DNA of 64,000 nucleotides from Vampirovibrionaceae bacterium NZW_1234 (GCA_041697335.1 JBGUGD010000039.1:199410-263409); one strand, 5' to 3'. Shown: positions 9,302-19,817, counted from the first letter of the stretch. Program-made: numbers and translations. The notes: a model not told the origin generated them from the sequence alone.

Positions 9302-10072
9302 TTAAGCGTCGCCAGACTCTGCGTCACCACCGGCATTGGCTAGGATACGGCGGTTTGATTCCGCGATTTCCTGTTCCAATTTTTGTTGTGCTTCGGCATC
9401 GGCCTGACTGGGCTTGATGGCATCCTGGAAAATGGCGCGCATTCTGCGCACAAGGCCTTCCTTAACCTGAGCCCGCATTTTTAACGCCAGTCGAGTGGCA
9501 AACGGCAAGTCCGGGTTAACGGAGTATTGATATAAGTCTCGAGACGTCAAACCACTGCCGGATCCTGTGACACGCTTAAGATACGCGTATTCGGGCGAGT
9601 TCTGAATCTGTTGAACAAAGGGATCAAACAATGCATCCGCAGCCGATCCGCTTTTGCCTTTGTTCTGAGCCACAAACTGGGCCAAACCTTGGGGGTTGGT
9701 CCGCAATTGTTCTTGCAACACAGCGAACGCACCGTTCTGCTGGTTAAATAATTCGTTGATCTCTCGACCTGATAAGTTTCTAACCAAAGGGGCAATCCGG
9801 CCTGATGCGGTCCGTACAAAATCCAGGTTTCTTAAGCCACTCAATTGCTTGACTCGCGGTGAAATGGCTTCTAATAACTGTTGTTGCATCGAGGGTTGCT
9901 GTTGTTGCGCCGCTTGGAAACCAGCCGTCGAAAAGAACCCATCAACCCCTCCAGGAGCCATTGGCGGGGGAGCACCAAAAGGCATAGGACCACCGGGAAG
10001 CATAGGCGGCGGAGCGCCAAAGGGAATCGGTCCACCGGCGGGAATATTCGGTTGTGGGAAACCAAATGCCAT
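9302..10072 (-). CDS. Hypothetical protein with Pro/Gly-rich repeated N-terminus
   Basis: MAFGFPQP...GGPIPFGAPPPM..GGPMPFGAPPPM, poly-Q stretch, helical C-terminus. Confidence 0.7.
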   Translation of the reverse strand: MAFGFPQPNIPAGGPIPFGAPPPMLPGGPMPFGAPPPMAPGGVDGFFSTAGFQAAQQQQPSMQQQLLEAISPRVKQLSGLRNLDFVRTASGRIAPLVRNLSGREINELFNQQNGAFAVLQEQLRTNPQGLAQFVAQNKGKSGSAADALFDPFVQQIQNSPEYAYLKRVTGSGSGLTSRDLYQYSVNPDLPFATRLALKMRAQVKEGLVRRMRAIFQDAIKPSQADAEAQQKLEQEIAESNRRILANAGGDAESGDA

Positions 10073-10162
10073 GACGCAACTACACTTTCTTTTCCTAATT
10101 AAACTAATAAAAACAGGCAAAACAGGAGAATTGCCTTGCGTCAGGCGGCATTTTACAGTTTG

Positions 10163-10885
10163 TTACAATACAGAGGCGACAGGACGTGGCCATGAATAAG
10201 ATTTGGGTAACGGCCACGGAAGGGTCAAGGCCTCCATCAGTCCAGGCAGATCTGTTGACTGAAACGGCTGTGATGCTTCAGGACTTGTCCAAATCGGTAT
10301 GGTCTCCGGCACAAATGGCCGCAATGTCGGGATTATCGTACGAACGGCCTCATCAGCAGAAGCCAAATCGGCCGGATAAAAGTTGAGCACAATACCGATA
10401 ACAGGAATGTTTCGCTTCTGAAGGGCTTCTAACGAAAGAAGGGTTTGGTTAATGGATCCAAGACGACAATGACTGACCAGAATCACCGGGGCCTCTAGCA
10501 TCCGGATCACATCGATCATCAGGGTCGATGGGGTGACAGGGACCATCAGCCCTCCCGCCCCTTCAATTAAAACCAAATCGGATTGGGCTTCGTACTGGGC
10601 GACATCCTCTCGAATCCGATCCAGCTGAATGATGCCAGTGGGATCAGCAACCAATGGCGCCACCGGCGGCTCAAAACAGTAGCGACATTCGGTAACAAGC
10701 TTGGGGTTCTGCAACACGCAAGCCACAAAGCTTGGATCCTCGGGAGGCTGCCCCGCGGGTGTCCCTGTCTGAACAGGTTTATAGTAAATCACCGACTGGC
10801 CTGCCGAAAGGGCACGCTGAGCCAGCAACATACTGACCCAGGTTTTGCCAATCCCCGTATCGGTTCCTGTAACAAAGACTTTCAT
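10163..10885 (-). CDS. bioD: Dethiobiotin synthase
   Basis: FVTGTDTGIGKT, YKPVQTG, IEGAGGLMVP, LGSINQTLL. Confidence 0.96.
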   Translation of the reverse strand: MKVFVTGTDTGIGKTWVSMLLAQRALSAGQSVIYYKPVQTGTPAGQPPEDPSFVACVLQNPKLVTECRYCFEPPVAPLVADPTGIIQLDRIREDVAQYEAQSDLVLIEGAGGLMVPVTPSTLMIDVIRMLEAPVILVSHCRLGSINQTLLSLEALQKRNIPVIGIVLNFYPADLASADEAVRTIIPTLRPFVPETIPIWTSPEASQPFQSTDLPGLMEALTLPWPLPKSYSWPRPVASVL

Positions 10886-10889
10886 GGGG

Positions 10890-11942
10890 CTAAACGGCTG
10901 CCGGTTCCTTGACCGTGAGCGGCCCCCGAGGCATCAGATCGGCTGAGGTAATAACCCCATACTGAGCACGGCTAAACCAGCGATACCCTTGGCGCAAGAA
11001 GCCCAGGGCCGGTCCGCACACGTTGTCGACCATGGTGGTTTCATCGGCCAACGTCATCACATGGGAGGCTTGTTGTCCGGACACTGTGGTTCCGGTAATG
11101 GTGACCTGGGTACTGACAGGTTTCTTGGCATTGCGTGTATCAACCACACCACCAACGGTCACCTGATCCCGGCGACAGATGCCTGCCAGTTCAAGAATAA
11201 TATCGTCGGCATGTTCCATATTCACGAGTTCAAGAATGCCATTGCGTTTGTCGAGTTCCGCTTCAATCTCAGCATCGGTCATGGCCGCCACTTTGTCGGC
11301 ATCAAAACCAGGCAAATGCAGGAAATCCTCGCGAATCGTAGCGCGATACGCACTCCAGTTGGAAATCCCTACACCAAAACGAATATCCACATGGTTGACC
11401 GTCACAAAAGATTGAGCTGCCACGGCGGCAATCGTGCTTAAAAAGCCAGGTGTAGCACCTGCGCCGGTAATATACAAGATCTGCTTATCCCGGCAGAGGC
11501 TATCCAGAGGCATCATGGCCTCAACCGCCGAAGTCCGCTTGAGTGCATCCACCATAACCCCACGAAAGCGGGTCTGGGTTGCAATCATTCTCAAGGTGTC
11601 GGCAAAAAAGTTCACGGGCAGGTTGGGCAACGCCACAAAGATGACATCGATTTCATCGCCATGGGTCGCTAACAAATCATAAATGGCATTTATTGAGGGC
11701 ACACTCTCGGTATGATCCCGCAGCCTGGCTAAGGATTGAACATTCTTATAGGAAATCCCGGCGATATCAAACAAATAGGCTTCTCTATCGACAATAGCCA
11801 CTGTTTTAAAGTCCTGATCCAACTCAGCACGTTGAACCATCCCTTTACCCAAACCACCAGCACCTAACACAGCAAGTCTCAAGGGTTGAACCATGGCAAG
11901 ACGCTCCTCATCACTCAATTGTTGCTTAATACGATAGCTCAC
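10890..11942 (-). CDS. bioU: BioU, dehydrogenase-fold enzyme that replaces BioA in biotin synthesis
   Basis: GAGGLG Rossmann motif, ALPNLP, VDALKRT, GATPGFL, NWSAYRATIRED and MEHADDI, recognised from cyanobacterial BioU; directly upstream of bioD. Confidence 0.85.
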   Translation of the reverse strand: MSYRIKQQLSDEERLAMVQPLRLAVLGAGGLGKGMVQRAELDQDFKTVAIVDREAYLFDIAGISYKNVQSLARLRDHTESVPSINAIYDLLATHGDEIDVIFVALPNLPVNFFADTLRMIATQTRFRGVMVDALKRTSAVEAMMPLDSLCRDKQILYITGAGATPGFLSTIAAVAAQSFVTVNHVDIRFGVGISNWSAYRATIREDFLHLPGFDADKVAAMTDAEIEAELDKRNGILELVNMEHADDIILELAGICRRDQVTVGGVVDTRNAKKPVSTQVTITGTTVSGQQASHVMTLADETTMVDNVCGPALGFLRQGYRWFSRAQYGVITSADLMPRGPLTVKEPAAV

Positions 11943-12005
11943 GACATCCTGGCAAGCCGGGAAATGTTAGCGGAGTCCTTATGGTAGCCAAAACCCAATC
12001 AAGAT

Positions 12006-12503
12006 TCAACGAGGGGATAAAAGACTAATGGCTCCCTGCTCAAATGCACATGACAGCGCCAAGGCAAGACCATCGGCAGCATCATCGGGCCGTGGCAATT
12101 CGTCCATCTCCAGGAGCTGTTGGACCATCTGCTGTATTTCCTGCTTGGTCGCCTTACCATACCCGGTCATATTCAGCTTGACCTGCATCGGGGTATATTC
12201 CACGTAGCGCATACCCGCATCATGCAGGGCCATCAAGATAACCCCCCTGGCCTGTGTGACTGGGATAATGGTCTTGGCGTTGCGACAATAAAATATTTGC
12301 TCAATAGAAACCACATCGGGCTTTGCATCTTCCAGCAAACTGGTCAGTGCTTTATAAATACCACTTAAACGCTTGGCATCGGAATCGGCCTTGGAGGTTT
12401 GAATGACACCCCAGTCCAAGGCATGATAACGTTTATGGGTATTGTGCGTGATAAGCCCAAACCCAATCCGCTCTAAGCCAGGATCAATGCCAAGAATCTT
12501 CAT
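12006..12503 (-). CDS. ruvC: Holliday junction resolvase RuvC
   Basis: MKILGIDPG, QARGVI, EYTPMQVK..TGYGKATK, PDDAADGLA. Confidence 0.96.
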   Translation of the reverse strand: MKILGIDPGLERIGFGLITHNTHKRYHALDWGVIQTSKADSDAKRLSGIYKALTSLLEDAKPDVVSIEQIFYCRNAKTIIPVTQARGVILMALHDAGMRYVEYTPMQVKLNMTGYGKATKQEIQQMVQQLLEMDELPRPDDAADGLALALSCAFEQGAISLLSPR

Positions 12504-12531
12504 ACCCTCTATTAAACAGCGGCTCGTTGAA

Positions 12532-13953
12532 ATGGGCAATTGGCGTGTCTTGCTCAGCAGCCTGTTACTTGGCCTCAGCTTGCCAGGGATTGGATTTTGG
12601 CCCTTGGCATGGTTGGGAATGGTTCCGGCGTTACTTGCCCTGAGCCACTGCCAATCTTCCTGGAAAGCCTGGCAACAAGGCTTCGTATGGGGTAGCCTCT
12701 ACCATGCCATTGTGTTTGGGTGGTTTTGGAGCTTACATCCTTTAACCTGGATGCACATGGCCCCATGGGCCAGTCTCGCCATTACGGCTCTGGGATGGCT
12801 CATCTGTTTTACCCTTCAGGGCCTTATTGTCAGTGTCATTTGGGTAAGTCTCTATCATCTGATCAGGCGTTTTCCGCACTGGAATCTGCCATTCACCCTT
12901 CCTGTACTATGGAGCCTGGGCTTATGGTTTCTAAACCAACACCCTATTGGGCTGCCTTGGGGATTTTTGGCGTATTCCCAGGTAGATATCCCTCTCATCC
13001 GAAAAAGCACCTATAGCCTTACGTTTTTTGGACTGGAAGGCTTAATTTTGGCCTGCAATGGGCTAATCTGGCTCTGGATTCAGCGTCGAGACGTCAGGCC
13101 CCTGGCGCTTGCAATGGGCTGTTTGGGACTCAGCCTTGTCTGTGGCTGGCGCTACCCGTCTCCCTTAAGCAACACGCTCAACCAGACACCTGCCCTTGCC
13201 ATTCAGGGAAATATTCCACTGGAAATTGAACGCCAAGAAATGACCCCGGAACAACGAGAGGCCCACTATGGCTCGCTTATAAAAACAGCATTGTATCAAT
13301 TCCCAACGTCACCCCACGTCGTCATCCTACCGGAAGGAATTATTGCTTTGCACCCCGAACAATGGACACTCCCTCGCAGATTTCCTCAAAATATCCCGAT
13401 TTTGAGTGGGGGTACTTTTTATGATCACGCAGAAAGCCAGCCTGCAGCCTTTAATGGGGCTCTTCTCTTCCAACCCGGGGAAATGACCCAGAGATTTTCG
13501 AAGCGGTACTTAGTGCCTTTTGGGGAAACGACGGCATTTCTCCCGAAACTCATTACTGAAGAATGGCTACCCAAGGCAGGCCTAAACCTCGGCCTTAGCT
13601 TTTCCCCAGGCCAGGGAAGTCAACCGCTGTTTTTCCTGGGCAACAAAAAAATAGGGCCCTTGATTTGTTTTGAAGCCCTCTATCCCAACTTAGCCTGGCG
13701 TTATCGCAACCAAAAAGCGGACATGCTGGTAACGTTCAGCAACCTCAGCTGGTATCACCAGAACCCTCTGCTCGAAAAGCAATTCTTAGCCTTTAATCAG
13801 TTTCGAGCTTCCGAAGCAGGTATTCCCCTTATCTTAGCCACAAACACCGGCATATCTGCCTTCATTTCGGAAAGAGGCTATATTCTAACGCAGTCACATT
13901 CTGGGAAAACAGAAGCGTTAACGGCAGAAACAGTGTTGAATCTCGAAGAGTAA
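12532..13953 (+). CDS. lnt: Apolipoprotein N-acyltransferase
   Basis: N-terminal TM helices, IQGNI, LPEG, KRYLVPFGE, LICFE (E-K-C triad), TNTGISA. Confidence 0.9.
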   Translation: MGNWRVLLSSLLLGLSLPGIGFWPLAWLGMVPALLALSHCQSSWKAWQQGFVWGSLYHAIVFGWFWSLHPLTWMHMAPWASLAITALGWLICFTLQGLIVSVIWVSLYHLIRRFPHWNLPFTLPVLWSLGLWFLNQHPIGLPWGFLAYSQVDIPLIRKSTYSLTFFGLEGLILACNGLIWLWIQRRDVRPLALAMGCLGLSLVCGWRYPSPLSNTLNQTPALAIQGNIPLEIERQEMTPEQREAHYGSLIKTALYQFPTSPHVVILPEGIIALHPEQWTLPRRFPQNIPILSGGTFYDHAESQPAAFNGALLFQPGEMTQRFSKRYLVPFGETTAFLPKLITEEWLPKAGLNLGLSFSPGQGSQPLFFLGNKKIGPLICFEALYPNLAWRYRNQKADMLVTFSNLSWYHQNPLLEKQFLAFNQFRASEAGIPLILATNTGISAFISERGYILTQSHSGKTEALTAETVLNLEE

Positions 13954-14025
13954 GTTTTCCATTGCTCCCAGAATATAGAGCTTACACTAAGACGCTGACC
14001 CCAAAAATCCAAAACACGGCAAGAT

Positions 14026-14052
14026 TAAACTTTTGCCGGAAATGGTCGATAT
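14026..14052 (+). promoter_or_regulatory. Putative sigma28-type promoter
   Basis: TAAACTTT-N11-GTCGATAT, 29 nt before ATG 14082. Confidence 0.65.
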
Positions 14053-14081
14053 GAAGGTAAGAGAATAAAAATGGCCCCCGG

Positions 14082-15329
14082 ATGGTTCTAAAACAGGCTA
14101 TGATACCAGCGCACGAATCGTACAAGCTCTTAGGGTTATCGTTCTATAAGCAGGCCACCAATCCCGCGTTCAATGAATTTGAACAGCTGTTTATGTATAG
14201 CCTGAATCAAGTCTTGCAGTGGCGCACGGATATTCAATTCGTAGACCAAAGTCATGTCCCCAACCTGATGATTCTGGATGATGGCATACCTGTTGAGAGT
14301 CAGATCCGAACCTTACACGACCTGAGCCATCGATTCGATTGCAATTATGTTCTCTACGGCAGTATGGATCTCGATGTCGGCCCTGCCAATTACCTGGATA
14401 ATGTTATCCTGGATATTCGCCTTTACAATTGCACCACACAAAGGCATCTCTTCCAACTGCGGTACGAGTTTAACCATTTTGAGACAAAACCAGCCAAGGC
14501 CCTTAACTTTGGCCCCTCCCTCGACGGGTTGAATGAACTGGTCCAGTGGCTGTCATTTCATTTGGTAGGAGCCCTTCAACCACAACGCGCCCTATACTTG
14601 TGGGACAGCCTCAAACAGACCGAACTGGTCCAATCTTTATCACACCTGCAGCATCTGACCCAAATCCATTACTACAACGGACCTGATGCACTATCTCATC
14701 GTTTCTCCACCTTAATGAACCTGATTCATCAGGAACCTTCACTCTTCCTGGCGCATCATGACATAGGTCTTATCCAGAAAAAAATGAAAAACTATGCTCA
14801 GGCAACCAAGTCACTGGAAACCGCGTATCAATTGCTTCCGCCCGAAACACCGCATCACCAAAAAGCCCTGCTTGCTACCGAAATAGGAATCTGTAGTGCT
14901 CTAGCCATGGAGATAGACACGGCAAAGTTGTGGTGGAAAAAAGCCATTGAAAATGATTCCGGTTTTATTAACCCGTATATGAACCTTGCTCACTGCTATG
15001 AAGAAGAAGGTTCCATGCCGGAAGCAGAATACTATTTTATTCAGGCCGGAAAAGTAGCTCCGGATGATTTTCGGATCTGTTTTAACCTGGCCCGGCTTTA
15101 CTCAAAACAGGAGCAATGGGATAAAGCCATTCAGCAGTATGAAGCACAACTTCTCTATGAACCCGATAACGCTTGGGTTTACAGCAATTTAGCGAACTGC
15201 TACTTGCAGCAAGGCAGTATTTCTGACGCAAAACAGTATCTGGAAAAGACGTTGGAGCTAGACCCCAACGGTGAAGCAGGCCGATGTGCCAATCTCATCC
15301 TGTCCAGTTTACAAGCGGCTGAAGTATAA
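14082..15329 (+). CDS. TPR-containing protein
   Basis: C-terminal TPRs (YEPDNAWVYSNLANCYLQQG...LELDPN); unknown N-terminal alpha/beta domain. Confidence 0.8.
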   Translation: MVLKQAMIPAHESYKLLGLSFYKQATNPAFNEFEQLFMYSLNQVLQWRTDIQFVDQSHVPNLMILDDGIPVESQIRTLHDLSHRFDCNYVLYGSMDLDVGPANYLDNVILDIRLYNCTTQRHLFQLRYEFNHFETKPAKALNFGPSLDGLNELVQWLSFHLVGALQPQRALYLWDSLKQTELVQSLSHLQHLTQIHYYNGPDALSHRFSTLMNLIHQEPSLFLAHHDIGLIQKKMKNYAQATKSLETAYQLLPPETPHHQKALLATEIGICSALAMEIDTAKLWWKKAIENDSGFINPYMNLAHCYEEEGSMPEAEYYFIQAGKVAPDDFRICFNLARLYSKQEQWDKAIQQYEAQLLYEPDNAWVYSNLANCYLQQGSISDAKQYLEKTLELDPNGEAGRCANLILSSLQAAEV

Positions 15330-15624
15330 ACCGTATTCCTGACGAACATTGCCAACATCTGAATAGGCATCAGCCTGTTTCATCACGGATTGTTAATGAA
15401 GAATCAACAAAAAACATGACAGCCGTAGCCGGTTTGGTTTTACATGAAGGTGCATTCTCATGGCCTGACGCTGTTTCATGGAGGGAAAAGGCACTCAGGC
15501 GATTGAATTCCCTGTATGTTACGAATTGTGACAATTTAACACACAGGTAGCACAATCAAAACTTGAGGGAGCTTAATTAATCAGTAAAACACCATCATCC
15601 TACAACACTTGGGAGAATCGCATT

Positions 15625-16410
15625 ATGTCTGCACCTGTCAGTCCTAAATTCGGCTACGGCTATAGCTCCGGCTATACCTCCAGCTACCCATCGACGGGGT
15701 ATGGGTATCCACAACAGTCGTACGACCCTTACGCCGGTCAATATGCTTACTACGCTCAGCAGCAAGCCGACCCATATGCCGCTTGGCGCCAGTATTACCA
15801 GCAAGCGGCAATGCCTGCCAACACCATGTACCCCAGCGGTGACATGACTTCGTTCCAGGCACCACCTGCACCACAACCAGAACCTCCGACCAGCAAACAG
15901 CCTAGCCTGCAGGACTTACTGGGACCCAATGGCTTAGCAGAACTGCAAGCCGCTTCCCAGCGTCCTGAAATGTCTCCGCCAGCCCCAGCAGAAGCGCCGG
16001 CGAAAAAATCCGGCGGCATCTTCGGTTGGATTAAAACCATTGGTGCAATCGGCCTCGGCGTTCTGGGTCTCTGGAAGCTGAAAGACTGGATTTTCAAAAA
16101 CAATGAAGAAACCCAGCAAGATTTAAAAACCTCCGGTCGCAAAACAAAAGACGGGCAATCCGACACCATTGCACTGTATAATAGTGCCGATGACAAGGAA
16201 CCGGTTAAATACGCTGTTGTTGGCGACGCGAAAGAAGACGGGTACGTTATGATCAACCCCGAAGATACCATCGAAGCTTCTGAAGAAGAGGCTGATGGTG
16301 CTGAGGAAACCGAAGGCGACGGCGAAGTCGAAAATGAGACCGAAAACGCTGAAGGTTCGGATAAAGCCTCTGGCAAACGCACCAGCAAACGTCCCAGTAG
16401 CGAGGAATAA
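15625..16410 (+). CDS. Hypothetical low-complexity protein (Tyr/Gln/Pro-rich N-terminus, one hydrophobic helix, acidic C-terminus)
   Basis: GGGAG RBS; MSAPVSPKFG; IGAIGLGVLGLW hydrophobic segment. Confidence 0.75.
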   Translation: MSAPVSPKFGYGYSSGYTSSYPSTGYGYPQQSYDPYAGQYAYYAQQQADPYAAWRQYYQQAAMPANTMYPSGDMTSFQAPPAPQPEPPTSKQPSLQDLLGPNGLAELQAASQRPEMSPPAPAEAPAKKSGGIFGWIKTIGAIGLGVLGLWKLKDWIFKNNEETQQDLKTSGRKTKDGQSDTIALYNSADDKEPVKYAVVGDAKEDGYVMINPEDTIEASEEEADGAEETEGDGEVENETENAEGSDKASGKRTSKRPSSEE

Positions 16411-16421
16411 ACGCTCTCCAA

Positions 16422-17390
16422 ATGACACTGATGTCAGAAAAACAAAATAATGCGATTCATCCCCAGGCCCTCCAGCCTGGGGATACCCTTGCGATTATCT
16501 CACCGGCAGGCCCCAGCGATGCCGATGCCATAGAGAAAGGGATTGCCTACATTGAAACCGTGGGCCTTCGCCCCAAGCTTATGCCCCATGGTACCAAGCG
16601 TCGTTTTTATTTAGCCGGCAGTGACCAGGAACGCCTGGAGGATTTTCATGCTGCCTTTGAAGACCCAGAAGTGAAAGGCATTTTGGCCGCCCGAGGCGGG
16701 TATGGATGTATGCGCTTCTTACCTCAAATCGATTGGCAACGCGTCCAGGCCAACCCGAAAATATTTGTCGGCTTTAGTGATCTAACCAGCATTCTTTTAC
16801 CCATGTATCAACGCGCAGGGCTTATCTGCTTTCATGGCCCCATGCTCACCTCCAACCTCATTGAAGGCGACGGCTATAGCCAGACTGAGCTTTGGAAACA
16901 AGTCATGGGCCAGGTAAATTACCCCTATACAATTCCGAACCGCTCAACTTATCAGTGTCTTAAACCCGGACAGGCAGAAGGCATTCTTTTGGGCGGAAAC
17001 TTAAGCTTACTAACGGCACTGTGCGGCACACCCTACCAGCCAGATACCCGAGGCGCCATTCTTTTTATTGAGGATTGGCACGAAAAGTTTTATACCATCG
17101 ACCGCAAACTCACCCAACTCAAGCTTGCAGGGATGTTTGATAACATTGCCGGACTTCTGTTTGGGGACTTCGATGCCATGGAAGACCAGTGGGAAAACTA
17201 TGCTATTGAGGCGCTTTTACAGGAGCTGATGGCTCCGTTTGAGATTCCGATTGGGTTTGGCTTTTCACTAGGTCACGGAGATCAGACAGCGACCCTTCCC
17301 ATAGGGGCTTTTGCGAGGTTCGAAGCAGCATCCGGCCGTCTTGAAATTGTATCCTCACCCCTCGGCTCGGGCGCTCATTCTCAGGAATAA
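16422..17390 (+). CDS. ldcA: LD-carboxypeptidase (peptidase S66)
   Basis: ARGGYG, FVGFSDLT, FHGPM, GGNLSLL, LFIED, GHG. Confidence 0.92.
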   Translation: MTLMSEKQNNAIHPQALQPGDTLAIISPAGPSDADAIEKGIAYIETVGLRPKLMPHGTKRRFYLAGSDQERLEDFHAAFEDPEVKGILAARGGYGCMRFLPQIDWQRVQANPKIFVGFSDLTSILLPMYQRAGLICFHGPMLTSNLIEGDGYSQTELWKQVMGQVNYPYTIPNRSTYQCLKPGQAEGILLGGNLSLLTALCGTPYQPDTRGAILFIEDWHEKFYTIDRKLTQLKLAGMFDNIAGLLFGDFDAMEDQWENYAIEALLQELMAPFEIPIGFGFSLGHGDQTATLPIGAFARFEAASGRLEIVSSPLGSGAHSQE

Positions 17391-18909
17391 GCCAGACCAG
17401 TTGACCATGTGCTGGGAAATCTGTCTTTTGAGTTCCCACCCACTCCGCGCGATTTAAATTCACAACCTGAATGCCAGCGGGCGCTTCGGATAAAACATAC
17501 GCCACGTGATCCCGGGTATCGACAACTAAGTGGCTGGGTTTTGAGCCCCTCTGTAAAGGAATGGAAGGTCCCCACTGATAGGTCTTCAAGTCCAGTCGAC
17601 GCAATAATGCCGAAGGTTCATCCAGTAAATAAAGCCACTCGTAGTCAGCATCCATGGCCTTAGGAGAAGAGGGCAGGTCAATGGGGGAAGTATATTCCTG
17701 CCAACGCAAGTCAAACCCAATTAACTTTGATTGGGTGGCACTGACCAGCCACAACACCTTCTCATCTTGAACAAACATCAAGGACACATCGGGCATGGCC
17801 GGAATCTGCTGCTCCATGGTCCTGGAGTTCAGATTCACCAACTGAATCGTAGGACGATAAATCACCTTGCTTTTGAGGTCAGGGTTTCGAACACGCAGAA
17901 ACGACGATTTTGGAGGCGCTTTAGTCTCACTTTCAGCTTGTCTGTCCTCGTCTGTTCTGACAGACGTGGCATAGAGCTGATGGCGAAAATTGGAAATCGC
18001 CAGAACTGAAGCCGGGCGAGCCAATTCTACGGGATCTTCAAGACGTTGGGAAGAATAGTTAAATACGGAAAGACGATTTACGGTCGAATGACTCAGAAAT
18101 ACTCGGTGATTGGCTTCATCAACAGCCATATCCGACACGGATTGAGGTAATGTCAATCGCAACGGTTCACTGGCAGGAGCCTGGCGGTCAAATACATAAA
18201 GCGTCGGTTCATTTTGACATCCTGCAAACAGCCATCGAGCATCATGAGAGGTTTTTAAGCGGGCCCGATCGCACGCAATGGCTTTGGCATCAACATACTG
18301 ATTCTTGGCCGTATCCCAGGCCACCCAGCGCGCCGCCTTGTCCTGGCCTTGTGAGGCAGATGGCGCTATAAAGGCGAGGGGAAATGATTTTTTGGCTTTC
18401 GCTTCATCGTCAGAAGAAACTAACAGATCTCCGGTTAAAGACTTCCACATGGTGGGAAGCAGAAACCCGGGAGGAAAGTTAAACCCTTGAGGCAGCAATC
18501 CGGAGCGAAGGTGCAGAGGTAAATCCGAAACCACCGGGAAGGATTGACGCCCATTGGGCAATGTAACAAGCTTCAATAAGAAATGGCCATCACTGAATTC
18601 GATAATATCGGGAACAGCCGCGCCTTGAGGATATTGACGCAACACTCGAACCGGGCCATCCTCATCCGGCTCCAGAGGATTCACAATCACATAGTCTGCC
18701 CCGTTTGAAAAAGTGACCAGTGCATCTTCTCGAAACCGATAGCCTTTATCCAAAGAGGCAAAGACGGGCCTTAACGATTCGAAGGATACATTCGAAGCCG
18801 AGTGATCAGCCCTTGCAGGGCGTTCAGCTACAGGAAACATCAAAGCCAGCAATAGCATCCAGGGTAAGAGTCTTGTCAGCCTCTGACCATAGCACCTCGT
18901 ATGTTTCAC
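17203..18909 (-). CDS. Exported beta-propeller (YncE-like) protein
   Basis: Signal peptide; repeated blade motifs (DMAVDEANHRVFLS, HLVVDTRDHVAYVL); 3' end overlaps ldcA by 188 nt. Confidence 0.7.
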   Translation of the reverse strand: MKHTRCYGQRLTRLLPWMLLLALMFPVAERPARADHSASNVSFESLRPVFASLDKGYRFREDALVTFSNGADYVIVNPLEPDEDGPVRVLRQYPQGAAVPDIIEFSDGHFLLKLVTLPNGRQSFPVVSDLPLHLRSGLLPQGFNFPPGFLLPTMWKSLTGDLLVSSDDEAKAKKSFPLAFIAPSASQGQDKAARWVAWDTAKNQYVDAKAIACDRARLKTSHDARWLFAGCQNEPTLYVFDRQAPASEPLRLTLPQSVSDMAVDEANHRVFLSHSTVNRLSVFNYSSQRLEDPVELARPASVLAISNFRHQLYATSVRTDEDRQAESETKAPPKSSFLRVRNPDLKSKVIYRPTIQLVNLNSRTMEQQIPAMPDVSLMFVQDEKVLWLVSATQSKLIGFDLRWQEYTSPIDLPSSPKAMDADYEWLYLLDEPSALLRRLDLKTYQWGPSIPLQRGSKPSHLVVDTRDHVAYVLSEAPAGIQVVNLNRAEWVGTQKTDFPAHGQLVWLIPENERPSRGVRIQFQDGRMLLRTSQKPLWEGSLSDLRDLVKSQTQSESQTEPSAPVKAPQ

Positions 18910-18950
18910 AATTCTGGCTCCTTACTTTCTCGTTGCGTTTGGCAAAGGGA

Positions 18951-19817
18951 CTAATGGACCATGGCACCGGACGTTGCCAGCGGGAAAACACCCGCAAATA
19001 CATAGGTGGCAGCCCCGGTCATTTTAATATGATCTTTCCCGTTCCATTGAATGAGCAATTCACCCCCTGGAAGTTGGACGGTTACCTCGTGATCCGTCAG
19101 GCCTTTTAAAATTGAAGCCACCACGACAGCACAAGCACCTGTTCCACACGCTAATGTTGGCCCAGCCCCACGCTCCCATACTTCCACTGATACGGTAGAG
19201 CGATCCAGGACGGTCACAAATTCAACATTGGTCTTGGCCGGAAAAAGCTCGTGAGTCTCGATTAAAGGTCCCCAGACCTTGAAATCCAGGGGTTTTGGAG
19301 CTTCATGCTGAAAAATAATACAATGAGGATTTCCCATACCAATGGTGGCAATGGGAACCGTCAGTTCGGAAGAAACCACCAATGGAAAATTCAAGACAGG
19401 CATATCTGAAGAGCCCGTAAAAGGAACCTTCGTCGGGCTCAACACCGGATGTCCCATATCCACTGTGACCGTTGCATCTGGATTAAGATGTGGCAAAACC
19501 GGCCCGGCCAATGTTTCTACACGAAAGTCATGGCGTTTAATCAAGCCTTGATCTCGAACATAACGTGCAAAGCAGCGAATCCCATTGCCACACATTTCAG
19601 CCAGAGAACCGTCTCCGTTGTAAAACTTGAACTGAATGTCACAACCCGGATCATCGGGGGGCGCCACAATAATCAAACCATCGGCTCCAATACCAAAGTG
19701 TCGATCACACAAGGTCTTTGCCAAATCGGCATAGTCCATATCCGGAGCCAATTGGTCTTCTTCAACGAGCACAAAGTCGTTGCCCAAGCCGTGCATTTTT
19801 GTAAATGGAATGTCCAT
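18951..19817 (-). CDS. dapF: Diaminopimelate epimerase
   Basis: FTKMHGLGNDF, EMCGNGIRC, GNPH, WERGAGPTLACGTGAC. Confidence 0.98.
   Translation of the reverse strand: MDIPFTKMHGLGNDFVLVEEDQLAPDMDYADLAKTLCDRHFGIGADGLIIVAPPDDPGCDIQFKFYNGDGSLAEMCGNGIRCFARYVRDQGLIKRHDFRVETLAGPVLPHLNPDATVTVDMGHPVLSPTKVPFTGSSDMPVLNFPLVVSSELTVPIATIGMGNPHCIIFQHEAPKPLDFKVWGPLIETHELFPAKTNVEFVTVLDRSTVSVEVWERGAGPTLACGTGACAVVVASILKGLTDHEVTVQLPGGELLIQWNGKDHIKMTGAATYVFAGVFPLATSGAMVH

Noticed and set aside
15795..16421. 208-aa Ser-rich minus-strand ORF
   Set aside because: Antisense of the Glu-rich 15625-16410 gene, which has the RBS
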